Below are positions 1 through 13,424 of a DNA stretch of 64,000 nt, one piece after another. The stretch is from assembly GCA_030264375.1 (NCBI GenBank), contig JASCQW010000032.1, positions 40,391,032 to 40,455,031 of the forward strand, in the 5' to 3' direction. The notes beneath the pieces are model-generated. The model worked only from the letters and a program-made list of their open reading frames with translations, had not been told where the DNA came from and did not search any database. Both the position numbers and the translations under genes were made by a program. How positions within the stretch are numbered: the first letter of the stretch is position 1; each line of letters starts with the position of its first letter. Source of the DNA: Carcharhinus longimanus. Taxonomy: Eukaryota.

Positions 1-60
1 GGAATCAAACCCAGGACCCTGGAGCTGTGAAGCAGCAGTGCTAACCACTGTGCTATCAAG
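1..60 (-). mobile_element. tRNA-derived head of a shark-type SINE (truncated by window edge)
   Basis: Minus strand reads TAGCACAGTGGTTAGCACTGCTGCTTCACAGCTCCAGGGTCCTGGGTTTGATTCC, with Pol III A-box- and B-box-like motifs. Resembles the elasmobranch HE1/V-SINE head (recalled, not searched). Confidence 0.7.
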
Positions 61-96
61 CTGCCCAAGTGCCCTATTTGTGAATAGAACTCCCAC

Positions 97-195
97 CCAT
101 CTGATGAAGGAGCAGCAAGTGCTCCAAAAGATAGTAGATTTTGCTCCCAAATAAATCTATTAAACTTTAACCTGGAGTTGTGAGACTTCTTACTA
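97..195 (+). repeat. Fragment of an abundant shark interspersed repeat terminus
   Basis: CTGATGAAGGAGCAGC..CTCCAAAAG..CCAAATAAATCTATTAAACTTTAACCTGGAGTTGTGAGACTTCTTACT resembles a common shark retroelement end; family not assigned. Confidence 0.5.
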
Positions 196-519
196 AAATG
201 ACTGGAGCTGTACATTCCTACATCTGCAAATCCTTCCAGCTGGGAGTAGCTGACATTAGCAACAACTCAAAATTCATCATAGATGACTGCATCAGAGACC
301 TTGTGATGAAGAAGAGAGGACTTCATCATCTTCTCATTGTCCAGGGAGAAGCAAGAAAACAGAGAAAATGGATTTGTCAGAGTAATGGTTCAGGGTGGAA
401 TCAATTACATACACATGGCTGTTTAGGCCCCATATGTTAATGGATTGAAGAATTGCAAAAACTGGGGCTACCATTCAATAATGTCCAGTTGGTTTGTGAG
501 CAAGCCTGAGTCTTTCCAT

Positions 520-655
520 TTCATTGACCCCTGTTTTGCTAGAGTTCCATGATGCCACACTTGGTCAAGTACTTCCTTGGTGTCACAAGCAGTCTCCCTC
601 GCCTGCCTCTGGAGTTCAGCTGTTTTGTCCATGTTTGACCCATGGCTGTAATGAG
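520..655 (-). mobile_element. Degenerate LINE reverse-transcriptase fragment
   Basis: Minus-strand translation includes TACDTKEVLDQVWHHGTLAK, a decayed version of the non-LTR RT motif 'ALDIKAAFDRVWHQG'. Confidence 0.6.
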
Positions 656-2994
656 GTGGTGTGAAATATTATCACCACAATGTTTTAATTTTAAAGTATT
701 TGCTAATTAATTTTATTCCAGTAAATACTTCTGTCACAGCCATGAATGCAGATTTTGGAAAATATCAACCTAATGCCCCGCATTGCACTAAAATGAGAAT
801 ATGTTGATGAACTGTCATAGAGATGATATAGTTTGCAATCATTGCTGCCTATAATCATTGTGCAGCAGGAATAAAACATGTTTCCAGTAAAGTGGAGGTG
901 TATCTGGTGAACGTAGTATCTTGAATTCCCCACCACCAATAAAGCTCTTCCAATAAATATTCTTCTCCCAACTATGCCAAAGCAGATCTCCCAGAATCTG
1001 TTAAAGACTGCAGACTGTGTCTCTCTGATGGGAAATGGTTTCCTTCCCACTTCCAACTGTGGAAGCTCACACAGTCAAACAGCTTTTTCTCTCTGCTGAC
1101 TATATGTAACCTTGGCTAGCTTAATATGGCATTTGTTAAGGAAGCCTGCAACCTGAACTCAAAAATGGCTTCCTTGGCCTTCTCCTAACATTGTGAAAAA
1201 TATTATCTTTGTCTCTAGGTAGAAATGCTTATTGGCTATCCTTGATCACTACTCTCTTCATCTTAAAAGTAAATGGAACATTTATAACATAACTGTTTAC
1301 CAACAGATACACCTAACACCTTTCTAGGAGACTCCAAGTTAACTCATTGCAAACTCAGAGACTGCTGCCATTTCTCCAAATGTAAATATCTTGCAACGTC
1401 TTCTCAGCCTTCCTTTGAGTTTCCTAACAGCCAAACCACCCAAGACTTCTCTCAGGTAGACCATAGAATAATTCACATATCTTGCTTCATGTACCCTAAA
1501 TATAAAGCTACAGTTCCCAAACATAATAACTTTTCAAACCTCATGATTATAACATTATATATCAGTATGTTTTCTTAGGAACAAATGAAAAAATAAATTT
1601 GACAGGTTTTGCAGGGTGGGTTGATTATGAATCCAACACCAACAAAGGACTTTTAATTGCACCAGTTTTCCAATGTTTTTTTTTCCATTCTTCTTCCCCT
1701 CCTTTTGGCATTTCTCATTGTGGTGACTAATTTTGTTCCAGATTCTAGCAAGTTTTCTGCAATGAGTTCTATTCTACTAGGAATTTCAATGGAAAATGGT
1801 ACATTTAAGACACTAGAATCTGTGGGATGCAGGACATCTCTAGAGAGGCTGAAGCACAATGTCATGGGAAATAGGATGGTCCTGTGTGAATTGGAACTGA
1901 AATGTACTGGGGAATTTTACAGACTGCACAGGGACTATCATTACTTTCACTGCAGTCGTGAAGGCAATGTAGTATTCAAGTGTCAAAGTGCTTATTACTC
2001 TCATTGTTCTGTGCTTGTTCACTGGGTTTAATTTCATTGTATTAATTTAGTCAATTCAGAAATGATCTCATCTTGACATGTGGTGTATCAATATCATCTT
2101 TTGGATTAGTTTGGTGAGCAATAAGTTGCAGTGGACATGTGCAATCTACGAAGGTGTGTGCTAAGGACTGTGAGTTCTCTCAAGATCAGAAAATTAAGTC
2201 AAGAAGGAAAATGATTTATGTCCAACAGTAATAATGAAGACCAAGTATTTGAGACAAACAGTATGAAACTCAGAGGTAGATTGTGTACAAAGGACGAATT
2301 TGAAGAAGGCTTTTGGTATAATTCCTAATGGTGATGTGCACCATTCTGGATATTAATCACATAAAGGAGTGTGAGTTGAAATAAAGGCCCTGCATAAAAA
2401 GGAAAGCATAGTATGTACTTGTTTTGTCTTTGAATATCTGTGAATCTGATGAAAAGTAAATATGTTGTTGGTAGATATGCTATAGTGTTTTTGCACATTA
2501 TATACGATTAAGTATATGTGTGCGTGTATATACGTAACTGAAATTTTGAGATTTCCTCTTAAATAAAATTCAATTAATATACCAACATGGTATAGAATGA
2601 AGATCAAAACTATTACTTATCTTTGCTGTTTCTCTGGGTGCTAATTAGATGTTTTGAAAATGCCTTGTCACGTCGTTGATCATGAAAATAGGGTGCAATA
2701 TGGATAAAGAACACATTATTTACGCTAAAGTCTAACGTTCTGGTCAAAGGGATGACATTTGGTGTACTTGTTTTTGGTATTCATTTCAGCGTTTTTTAGG
2801 TGGTAATGAACGATATTTAGAGTGAGATGACCTACCTTGTTATCTGTTCTTATACTAATTCCAGCAAAAAAGCGCTACGCAACTGTATATGGTTTCATGT
2901 AAACTACATTACCTCAATTTCTGTTGAATGAACAGAATGCGCGATGAAATGCAATCGATAAACTTTTCAGCAAAGACGACAATGTTCAGGTCCA

Positions 2995-3140
2995 TAAAAG
3001 CAAATTATTGCGGATGCTGGAATCTAAAAGCAAAAGAGAAAATGCTGGAAAATCTCAGCAAGCAGTCACCTGGACTCGAAAAGTCAGCTCTTTTCTCTCC
3101 TTGCAGATGCTGCAGGCCCGTTGAGATTTTCCAGCATATT
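2995..3140. repeat. Short shark-type repeat with internal inverted repeat
   Basis: Perfect 16-bp inverted repeat ATGCTGGAAAATCTCA (3042-3057) / TGAGATTTTCCAGCAT (3122-3137), preceded by TGCGGATGCTGGAATCT. Confidence 0.6.
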
Positions 3141-3964
3141 CAGGTCCAATTTTGTCACTGGTAAGTTATCGTCGTCCTCATTTATGAACTAAACTGGACA
3201 ACTCCTTACTTTCTAGGTCATATCTACAGATTAGGTGGTTTGGGTGAAACACCATGTAGAGCAGAAAAGCTTGTTGCAAAACAAAATGCATTTATCTTTT
3301 GTAGTATAATAATCCATTCCATGTTTTCTCTCTGACACTAGTACCGTTTGGTTTACAATTGGATATTCTGTCTGATCCTGTATCCTCAATCTGTTGAAGA
3401 TCAAGAAACTATCCGTTATTTTTAAACACCAGGTAAGCTGGTTAATAGCTGATGAAAACATTAATTTTGGGTTCCATTTGATCCACTGCAAGGCACTGAC
3501 TGTACAGTAGTTTTTTTCAAAAATATTTTCAAGATTGCAGAAACTTGTCAAGTATAACACACAATTGGGACGCACTATGTTTTTAAAAATTTACTTGTAA
3601 CTCCACTGCTTACATAAATGTTAGTATCGCTCATATCCTATGTTGAAATGTGAAAATAGTAGTAGCGTCATCAAAATGTATGATCGTCGGTTGTTTTTTT
3701 TTAATATTTTAACCTAACTGTTGCTTCGCGACACTCTTTCGGCTTGTGAGATTTAAATTAGATTATAAACATCATGTTGGAAAGAGATCCGTACTTGCTG
3801 TGCGTATAGATAATTGATGGGACCGGTCATGTTAATCATTGTAGCTACGGGGGAGTTGAATGTTAGTAAGTCTACAGGAACAATTACAAGTAAATCTCTT
3901 TCTCCGAGAGCGTAGAGATTCCATTACTAACCATCTGCAATTCAAAGTCAAGCGCGTGAACAAA

Positions 3965-4131
3965 TATAGGAAATGGGAGCAGGCCACTCGGCCCCTCGAA
4001 CCTGCTTCACCATTCAATAAGATGCTGGCTGATCTGATTGTAACCTTAACCTCACATTCCTACATAACCCCGATAACCTTTTACCGCCTTGTTACTCATG
4101 AATCTATCTGGCTCTGCCTTAAAACATTCAA
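3965..4131 (-). mobile_element. CR1-type LINE 3' end fragment
   Basis: Plus strand GCAGGCCACTCGGCCCCTCGAACCTGC..CCATTCAATAAGAT..GGCTGATCTG..TCTATCT..CTCTGCCTTAAAA matches the reverse complement of shark CR1 3' termini (recalled). Confidence 0.65.
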
Positions 4132-4344
4132 AACCCGGAGAGTCTTTAGGCATTGCTAATTTTCATCNNNNNNNNNNTTAAATAGGCTGGAGAAGATATT
4201 TATTCCTTAATTTTATCTTATTTAGGATAAATTACAATAATGACGAGTTTAAACATATTAACTATCCTAGCTGAATTAGTTACTGCAAATGATTTAACAT
4301 ACATTGTAATGATTTCATTCTTCCATTCTATATTAGAATATTAA

Positions 4345-4775
4345 TAAGAAAGGATTAACTTGCATTCATTCAAAGCCTCCTGACACTGCCGCTAAATGAC
4401 GCGTGGGCAGCGTTGTGCTTCTGGGGAAAGGCAGCACTTAATTTGCGCACACTGAGATCTCAGGAATGGGCTGTCAGATCGTGTGGATTTTTGTCCGGCT
4501 CCCACAGGTCTGTTTTGGTGATTTGGGTTGATGGATAAATATTAGCCAGGACATTGGAAAACGTCCCTGCTATCCCTCGAATAGTGCCATCGGATATTTC
4601 GAGTGTACCTGAGAGAGCAGATGAGGTTCGCTTGAACATCTCCGAAAGAACAGCGCGGCACTTAGTGCTACATCATGCGTTGTGTGCTCAGAACCCTGTA
4701 GTGGGGCTTTAAGCTCCCCCCCCCCCCGCCCCTCCTCCTATCTCAAAGGCTGCTCATGAACCTCGGCTGATACTT
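4345..4775 (-). mobile_element. Old DeuSINE (SacSINE1/AmnSINE-like) copy
   Basis: Contains AATATTAGCCAGGACA..CCCTGCT..CGAATAGTGCCAT.GGAT..ACCTGAGAG.GCAGA..CCGAAAGA, a decayed reverse complement of the Deu domain; AACTTGCATT tail at the left end. Confidence 0.6.
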
Positions 4776-7700
4776 AAATATATAATGTGTTTGGTAACAG
4801 GTAAATAATGTTGAAACTCTGACCAAAGTTATTTGGGTCAATTTTCCTTAGCGAATTAGTAAACCACACAATTAATTTCTAAAATCAAATAAATAGCCAC
4901 GGTTGACAAATACAAGAGCTATATCGTTACAATTAGGTTTCTGACTAAGCATTGAGCCAACCCGTAAATATTCCATTCCGTTATTCTAAAGGAAAGCAGT
5001 GCTTTCCTAGAGTGCACTCGATACATTCGCTAACCGCATTTCCCATTCTGGTGGTCACCACAAATCACCTGTGAATTCTGGTAGCTGTAATGCGAGAATG
5101 TGATTTCATGTGGCATTAAATAATTCATTCCGACGCCTTGTTTGCTGTGAAGGGGCTTATCGACGAAAAAGCTGGCATCCTAGCCTGCAAAAGAACATTT
5201 TTAATTATTTCTGCGATTTTCAATAAGCGCTTTTAAACAGGCATCAAACATTTAAAAATGAATCTCCCCAAGATTGTGTACAATTAAAAAAATCGTTTAT
5301 CATCTAAATGGCTGATTGTACATATAAAATGGAAAAGTAGCTGGAATTATCTGATGTATTTTCTTGATTAGAAATAAATGTAGAACAAACTATCTTCGAC
5401 ATAAATACTGTAGTGACAGGTAGATGTGTAAAATTCGGGAAACGAACTATTGAAAGTAATGGTGCAAACATTGTTGGAAGCATTTTTTGAGACTGTTAAG
5501 GAATGAAACCAGAAAGTATTTCTGAACAGCAAATGTTAAGTGTCAGCTCCGGTCAATTTCCATTTATGTTAGTAATTAAGAGACACATATCTAGACCTAA
5601 ACCCGGAGACAAAAGTTTACTTTTCCTTTTAAAGTATATATATGTATTCGCTGGGGATTGAATTGTTTTCACTTTAGGCATCCGGTTTCAGCATTAAACA
5701 CTTCCAGGTCGGAATTAAAGCATATTTTTATTTCGCCCCAACAATGTGTGCTGTTGCACGGAGATGGTTAGTTTCTCCATTTCCCACACTGTACTCATGG
5801 CCTCTCTGAGTAAGCTGCCAATTAGTGCCCAATTAGAGACAGTTTTGTGCTACATGTCTGTGCCAACTGGATACTGAATGGAGACTGCTCAAGCCCTCTT
5901 TAGCCAGGGCCCTAACAATCTCATTATATCCGACAGCACTGGATTTGAGTTTACGTGCCAGAGGTGAAAGGCCAATATCTAATCAACTTCCCTACAAAAC
6001 TTCACATGTTTGATGAATATATGTTGTTTGGAAAATACCTTGACAGGTTAATGCATCCTGACTATTTTATTTTAAGTGTTTAATATGCCTCAGAAAGGAA
6101 AGACCCGTAACGTTCTCGCGAAATATTGGCTATCCTGGCCTGGTACTTAAGGAAACACTTCATTTAAGATAAGTGTATAATTCAAAATAATTTCTCGACT
6201 CGCATTGATAATGTCGGGTGAGATAAGCACATGTTTTTGTTTGTGAACCGGAAGGCTAGATTTGGGGTAATTGCATTATGATGATTGAAACATATGCAAA
6301 CGTTCGCCAATATTTGTACAGAAAGGAGGCAAAGATGTGTGTTTTAAAACTGGGTGTAAAGTGCGAAGTAGATCGAGCCCGGTTCACCCCCTTTACTCAA
6401 CAATCACGTTGTTTCGATTCCAGAAATTCATTTCGCTCAAGAAGCCATGATGCCCCTCGAAATCTTTTTAGTTTCATGATGCATTTTGGCAACACGCATA
6501 ATAGGTTCAAGATTAAACGAAGCGCAGTGCTCCAGAAGTATTATGGTATCATTTCACTGTGATTCTATCATGAGGTCACATCAGACAAAATGTACCCAGT
6601 GATTTAATTATTTTCAAGAGTCCCTATTAGGAACACGTAGAAATGTTGTAACCTCACGCCTGTGAACTTCTGTGAAATGAACGCTTGAAAGTTCATTAAA
6701 AGAGACATGTACAACGAATACATGATCTTCAGATGATTGGCTTTTTAAAAATGTATCCATTATTATGTTTACATCAGCTTGTATTTCGAGAACCAACGCT
6801 TCAGTCTTTGCAAAAGAGGCATGTGAAATGACCACATTGCATTTAGCAGATATTAAGCTGATTGTCGGGAGGAACTTGGATACAGTCAGAACACCAACAC
6901 AGCAACATTTAAAATAATCCATACATAATCATAAGACCTGATTCACTATCCGATTTCAACCCTATAAGATGTATGATGCAAACATCTCGCTTGAAGGGAA
7001 CCTTATACTAAATATCGCCAAACTGGAATAAGTTTCTTACAAACCCCGCACGTTTAGAATACTAACCAGTCGATCCTGTATCTAATGTTTTATTTTCTTT
7101 AGCTTTATCGATTTTAATGAACAATGCTGACTTTACATATTGATTCATTTAGTCTGAAATTGGCGTGAGTCTTTAACCAGGTTTAGCATATTCTGGTAAA
7201 TTAGGGATGCACAAATTAGGTTAGACTAAATTGAATACTAATGCCAAGGCAGAGATCTTTACGTAGTGTTTCAGTACCTGGCACTGTGCAATGTCATAGC
7301 TAATCCCAAGAGCAGAGGCAGATTCTGCAAGTAACTCTTGCTAATCGGTTGCCATAATGCAGCATGCCTATAACATATGAAGCTTGTCATGGTCCTGGCA
7401 CATCAGTGTCATCATGGTTCATTTTTGCATAACGAATATAAAATGTAATAATCGACTACAAGGAATGGCGATGTAATTTTTTCTTATAAACCTTTTGGAA
7501 AAGGAATGAAATAGAAGACTAAAGTACATTTATAACAAATTTCTTAGTAACGTAGTCCCGCACTTCAGCGCCAATAGATACAAGTATCAGTGATTGTTTC
7601 TGATGACTAGTTCAGCTCATGCATACAAAAATATGTCTTAAAGGGTGAAATGGAGCGACTTAACTAAGCACATGTCCGAATGTAATATCATAAGGAACAG

Positions 7701-8889
7701 CATTGGCATGACAATATACAACATCGGTTTTCAGTGAGATCCCTACTGTTAGTTACGAAGCCGGATCAAACTTAAATTGAGTAAATGCTTGTATAGTCCC
7801 TATTTCAATATACACGCCGGACTAAACTCTGGCAATATGTTATTGGGAACAATTCATATAGCGTAATCGGCCACGGTAGATTCCTATCTCGTTAGAGCGT
7901 GACTTATTTTACTTCAGGGCAAGGTATTTCAAATAGAGAGCTACAAATAGAAAGCAATGTATTAAATATAATTTTAAACGTTGGTATAATATTGAAATAG
8001 AACTGCTGTTCAGCTATTCACAGTAAAACGCATATATGCCAATTAAAATAATTTGCCGCTGATATATTTATTTTCTCGTTGTCAGTGCCAATAAAAACGC
8101 GACAGGGACTAGTTTGTTGAAGAAAGAAAAATTCGTAAACATCATGAACGTTTCGCTTTACATCGGATTACATTGTCTATCAGTGTTAAACGGTGCTGAA
8201 TGGATTCGATACATTTTTATGAAGACCCGTCCTGAAATAATTTCATGCCGCAACTGTTACCGACTGTAACCTACAGTTGGTGTGATAGGGGGCCTTTCAT
8301 TGCTGGGAATGGGCTTCGCCAGTTTGCTGTAAGCACGTGAAATGTTTACGTCGAACAAATGTAAACGTGCGCATTGTATGTCATGAACCGTAATTGCGAC
8401 TTGATTTCTGTGTCAATAAGTTGAATTTCCAACATCCCGAATTTACTTGGAGCACGTGTATGTGCAAATGATTAGCGAGGAACACAATGTAACAACTCAT
8501 CATTCAGTGAGAGCCTCAATCCGGTGACAATTACAATGTAGATAAATACCAAAATGAACAAGCCACAAATTATGTTCGTCTTTACTCAGTATTTGGATAA
8601 TCTGCATATTGAAGCAGCGGCGAGCCGATGAGGCGTGGCCACTCAGCAGCATCTTGTTCCAATTGGCTGCAAAGAGCTGTCAGTTATGTTCGCTGTCCAA
8701 ATGTCCTAACAAAATGTTTATATTCATGAGATGTTTCTAGGGTAAACTGATAAAGTTTAAACAAAACGGAGAATGATGTTTCCTGCTCCAAGATATATAT
8801 GCCCATACGTATAATATAATCTGTGCTTTGAAGAGTCTGTCATCTGTGGCTCGAACAACCTAGTTAGTTTTTCAATGCACTTATCTTTC

Positions 8890-8972
8890 GGGCAGCGGTT
8901 AGTTCAGTTGGTTAATGGTACATGGGTCAGATTAATATCAACAGCACGGAGATCGAACCCCATTCCAGCTCC
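8890..8972 (+). mobile_element. Degenerate tRNA-like SINE head
   Basis: TAGTTCAGTTGG (A-box-like) ... GAGATCGAACCCC (B-box-like); too decayed for a functional tRNA. Confidence 0.35.
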
Positions 8973-9398
8973 TCATCCTACCCATTAGTAAAAATCACAG
9001 CAAATTGCTCAAGCAGACGAACATTATATATTGAAAAAGAAAAATGTTGTAGGGAACAAACAGCCGAATAAACGGTGTCAGGGAATAGCCCATCAATGGT
9101 ACGCCCTTCTTGTTTGCCATGAACACCGTGGACCAGTGGCATATTAATTGTGCGTCAGTCATAAAGCAACATTAAATATTCATTTATGCAGTACTACAAT
9201 GAACTTTGACCTTTAAAGCTTATCTAAAGATAAGATGTGCACATTACATTAATGTATGCATTCACAAGTTAAAACAAATTGGTGGGGAAACGACAAACAT
9301 ATATTTCATGCCTGTTATTGAAATATCTGTACACATATATTGATCGCAACAGAAATGGATAAAGATTAAAGATCGATCTCGATCGTTTTGCTTTCTCA

Positions 9399-9415
9399 TG
9401 AACTTTCAGTGAACC
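9399..9415 (-). promoter_or_regulatory. DR5 retinoic acid response element 3' of HoxD1
   Basis: Minus strand GGTTCA-ctgaa-AGTTCA, one spacer base different from the Hoxa1 3' RARE (GGTTCAccgaaAGTTCA); 3.1 kb downstream of the HoxD1 stop. Confidence 0.8.
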
Positions 9416-12400
9416 TGGCGCTTGGGGGTGGGATCGGTGGGATGCCTGCTGTGGTTCACCCTTCTACAACCCCTTTCAGGCAGAGTAAATATTGAATAGT
9501 CCTTCCGCTCTGGGCAGAAATAAAACTGGATATCAAACAAGTGCAAACGACTATTGTGACCCTTACAATGCAGTCACAGTTACGAACAGTTTTCGTATTA
9601 TGCTAATAAAATCCCTGGCATCCCCCACCTCTTCAGGGGCTTTGGGGGAATAATCAGGACTGGGATCAGAGGTATGATAACATAAAAGCGAACAATAGGC
9701 GCCTAACAGCAAGAGACAAGACAAAGAGCCTGCAAGTTTATAACATGCAATCGCGCCAGGATATGCCATTTCCCGGGGCGTAACCAAGCATTACTTATTC
9801 AGACTCTCAAAAAATATCACATTTTAAACCCACTCTTCTGGCCTGCGTGAAGCATGTGCCTCTGCCTAAAAGCAAAATAGACATTATGTGCAATCAGGTT
9901 TCAGATAAAACACGTCTTTCTGGGCACAGTAGAGCTCGGAGATTGCCCATTGCGAGCCACCATCAAAGCATTGCGGATTCCATATCAAAGATCTCCGTGC
10001 TGATTCCCAAGGAGATCATTGTAAATTTTACGACTTGAGCAGTTCTTTGAAATGCCGCTTCTCAGGGGCCGCTGTGTGTTATTTTAGTGCAACTGTAATT
10101 AACACCAAGTTGTTAAGGCCAAATGGTCGAAATGTTTGAGAGAAAAATATAGGCATGTTCATTTGTGCCTTATACAACATGTGGTCGAAGTATGCACTGA
10201 CATTTTGAGTGTGATTCACCAGTTTGCACTCATACACAATTACAGAAAAGCAAAATTCAAGATTGAAGAGTTTTATGTTCAGTTATTACAGTGATTAGGT
10301 TTCCTTGCCTCACAAAAAACTCTGCAGCTCAATTTTTAAACAAACATTCCAGCAAAGCCTAAAGATGGGATTGTGTATATATTTAAAATGTTTAATCATA
10401 ACCGGGCCATCTAAAGCCTGTTTCAACTTGGTATACAGATTTACTTTGCCCAAGTTTAATCCTACAATCGCTCCTACATGACACAGTGACCTCGCTTCAA
10501 AAGTATTTTATTGGCTGTAAAACTCTTTGAGGCGTCCTGAAGTCATAAAATGCGTTAAATACAAACACGTTCTCTTTGCCTTCCCTTTGAGTAGCCTGAA
10601 CTACGGCATCAATTTCACACCGGTACATAGTCTCAATTTCAGGTAATGCCAAACATATCAATGAACCAGTAAATGGTTGCTCGAAATTCCTATTAACATC
10701 CTTGGGGGAAAAAAAGGATGATTTGTACCAAAATTTCAATGGGCTAATTACATCGCTATGCTAACTTTAAGGACTCAACGAATCTTGAATCAGTACAAAA
10801 ATCAAGTTCGGGTCTTGAATCACTGCAACAGTTAACTTGAAGTGTAGTTATAGACCTTTAAGCAGCATTATGCACAACACGTCGCTACGAATTATAATTC
10901 GAAAATAATTGTGACATGTTAACATGGAAACAGTAATTTTAAACTGATGTTACGATTTTGACAAATGCTGTATTGTTTGTGAAAAACAAGCAATATGTTA
11001 TTTTTTATATTTTTGTTTTAATAGAATGCTGAAGATTATTTTTTCCCGAAAGTTCCCACCGTCACTGTTGGACTTACATTCTCCTAACCAATACTAGTGA
11101 GAGGTAACTTGTGTTTAAAGCTGCGTGGCATAGCCATTCAGCTCATCAGCCGATTCATGGAAACCAATTCAAACGAGCATACTAGTCTCAAATGATGTTC
11201 AATTGATTTGGAAATTGAAATGATGTTTTCCCTCTTGCATTCATCATTAGGTCGGAAGTTGCTGAGCGAAGATGTTTAATCCAAGTGGACTCATCATAAC
11301 TTGTTAACAATGCAAAGACCCGCTTCTTCCCTGAGAAGGGAGAACTATCACTAAATACATTTTTTCAAAAATAGCTTAGATTCAACTGAAGTTACTAACA
11401 GAAATAACCGTAAAAGATAAATGTTAAAGTCTCTTATTTCAACTGCAGATAACCACTCGCATTTTAATAACAGAATCGTAAAATCACTGATTGTGCTGAA
11501 ATGGTGTTAACTAATCAAGATTTATCTGAAAGTGGGAGACAATGGCCTTCTTGTTTATTTTATGTATCAGTGCGTAAAATTCACTGAGTCACACATTTTG
11601 GTTCATATTTGCATTAAACTGGAGATTGTTGCCTTCACGTACTTTCCAGATTAAAGTGGATGTCTTGGTCGAACCCTGAAATCCAATTCAAAGCTGCACT
11701 CAACAGAAAATTCGAGAGGTTTGAAAGCATTACATGTGTTGTGATATATTTTATTTCACGGCCTTTGCATGTTCCTACCATTGAGCATTATAATTGTACA
11801 GTGGCAGTAACTACAGCTGATAAACAGTTTCCGATAAAGAATGGATTAAATTATAAGCTTTTAAATCAATTCGCAATAGAGCAGAATACATCATGACGAG
11901 TCTTTAATATACAATGGTTAAGTATCACAGAGGTAGAGTAGCCAAGTAACATAATACTAAGGAAAGAATGCTAGATAGGCACAGTGTTACATAGCAGCAA
12001 CCACAATCTTTCAACCTGAGGCATAATTGTGCAAACTTCACTCATTGAGGAGTTACGTCGAACATGCTACGTTACATTCGTCAATGTCATCGCACATAAA
12101 TCAATAAAAAATACAGTACATGTAAACAATTCCTTTTACGCAAGTAAGAGTTTCGGCAAGGCAGTTCAGAGCAAAAACCTGGTAAATTGGGGCAGTTTGT
12201 TGTTGTTGAGACTTTGTTTATAAAGCCTTACACACTGCCTGTGCAAACGTGTTAAGAAAAGAAATACACTTCACACTACTTGAGGTGACACATTTTGTTT
12301 AGCCTTCTCACTTTAACTGTGTTTATGTTGCTACACATTGCAGGTCAAAGTGGAAACTTTGGCCAAACCATCTGGAGTCCATTTCAATATGTTACAGAGT

Positions 12401-12540
12401 TTTAAACCATCTCAAACCAATATATTCAAACAATCGAGTCTGCATCTCTTGATCGAATAAAAGTGAACACTTTGGTCATGTTCTAAATGATTGCGATATT
12501 TTCCGCCAAAAAAACGTTGAAAGTTAAGGCCTCAGGAGAG

Positions 12541-12896
12541 TTACTTCTGCTCAACAAAGTTTGGAGTTTCTGACGAGCTCTTTGTGGGTGGGGAAGGTAA
12601 AGGCGAGGTAGTGTCCGAGCTTTCTGCGGATGCTGAATCCTGACTACAGTTCACAGAAGCCACATTGGCCAGAAAACCTTCTCTCTCCCTCTTCTTCTGT
12701 TTCATTCTTCTGTTCTGGAACCAGATCTTCACCTGGGTTTCACTCAGTTGTAACGCGTTTGCTATTTCCACACGTCTGGCTCGCGTTAGGTATTTGTTAA
12801 AATGGAATTCCTTCTCCAGCTCCGTCAGCTGTTTGGTGGTGAAATTTGTACGCGCTGCGCTCGGAGGGCTGAGGACTCCATAGTCAGTCGTTTTAG
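12541..12896 (-). CDS. HOXD1: Homeobox protein Hox-D1, exon 2 (homeodomain); gene span 12541-13989, 306 aa
   Basis: Acceptor TTTTGTAG|CT; encodes [72 protein letters not shown] (paralog group 1 homeodomain); stop TAA at 12541-12543. Confidence 0.93.
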
Positions 12897-13424
12897 CTAC
12901 AAAATGACATAGTTAGGCAGTTATAGTTAGGCAGAGTATTCCAGTGGAAGACATAGAGTTAGTAAGCTAATTTATTTCACAGTGCCACTTATTTCCCCAT
13001 CTCCCACCCCCGAAAGTGTTATTGAAAACGATTCCATTCTCAGTGTCATTGCTCCAGCACAATTAATGGCAATGATATGAGCCGGAATTGGCGGGGTGGG
13101 GGGGAGGCGGTNNNNNNNNNNNNNNNNNNNNNNNNNNNNNNNNNNNNNNNNNNNNNNNNNNNNNNNNNNNNNNNNNNNNNNNNNNNNNNNNNNNNNNNNN
13201 NNNNNNNNNNNGGGGATTGTGTGCAGGAGGCGAAACGATTGGAACAGCGGTGCACTTCACCCTTAAGGGTCACTTCATCTCAATAAATTGAGATGAAGGG
13301 TTAATACAGAATTAATGCTTTGAACGAATCTTACTGAAGGCCAATAAACTGCAGCAGCCTTTATACATACGTACAATATATATTCTGCACTTTCAGCTCC
13401 AGGTTTCCGAGATAATTGACTGAC

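Noticed and set aside
180-3575. Short ORFs in the left flank
   Set aside because: No domain similarity or consistent exon structure; they overlap decayed repeats.
8890-8972. tRNA gene
   Set aside because: No convincing cloverleaf and the boxes are degenerate; better explained as a SINE head.
11600-12540. miR-10 target sites in the HoxD1 3' UTR
   Set aside because: Only a 6-mer match (near 11673), possibly beyond the first polyA signal at ~11750; no 7-8-mer seen.
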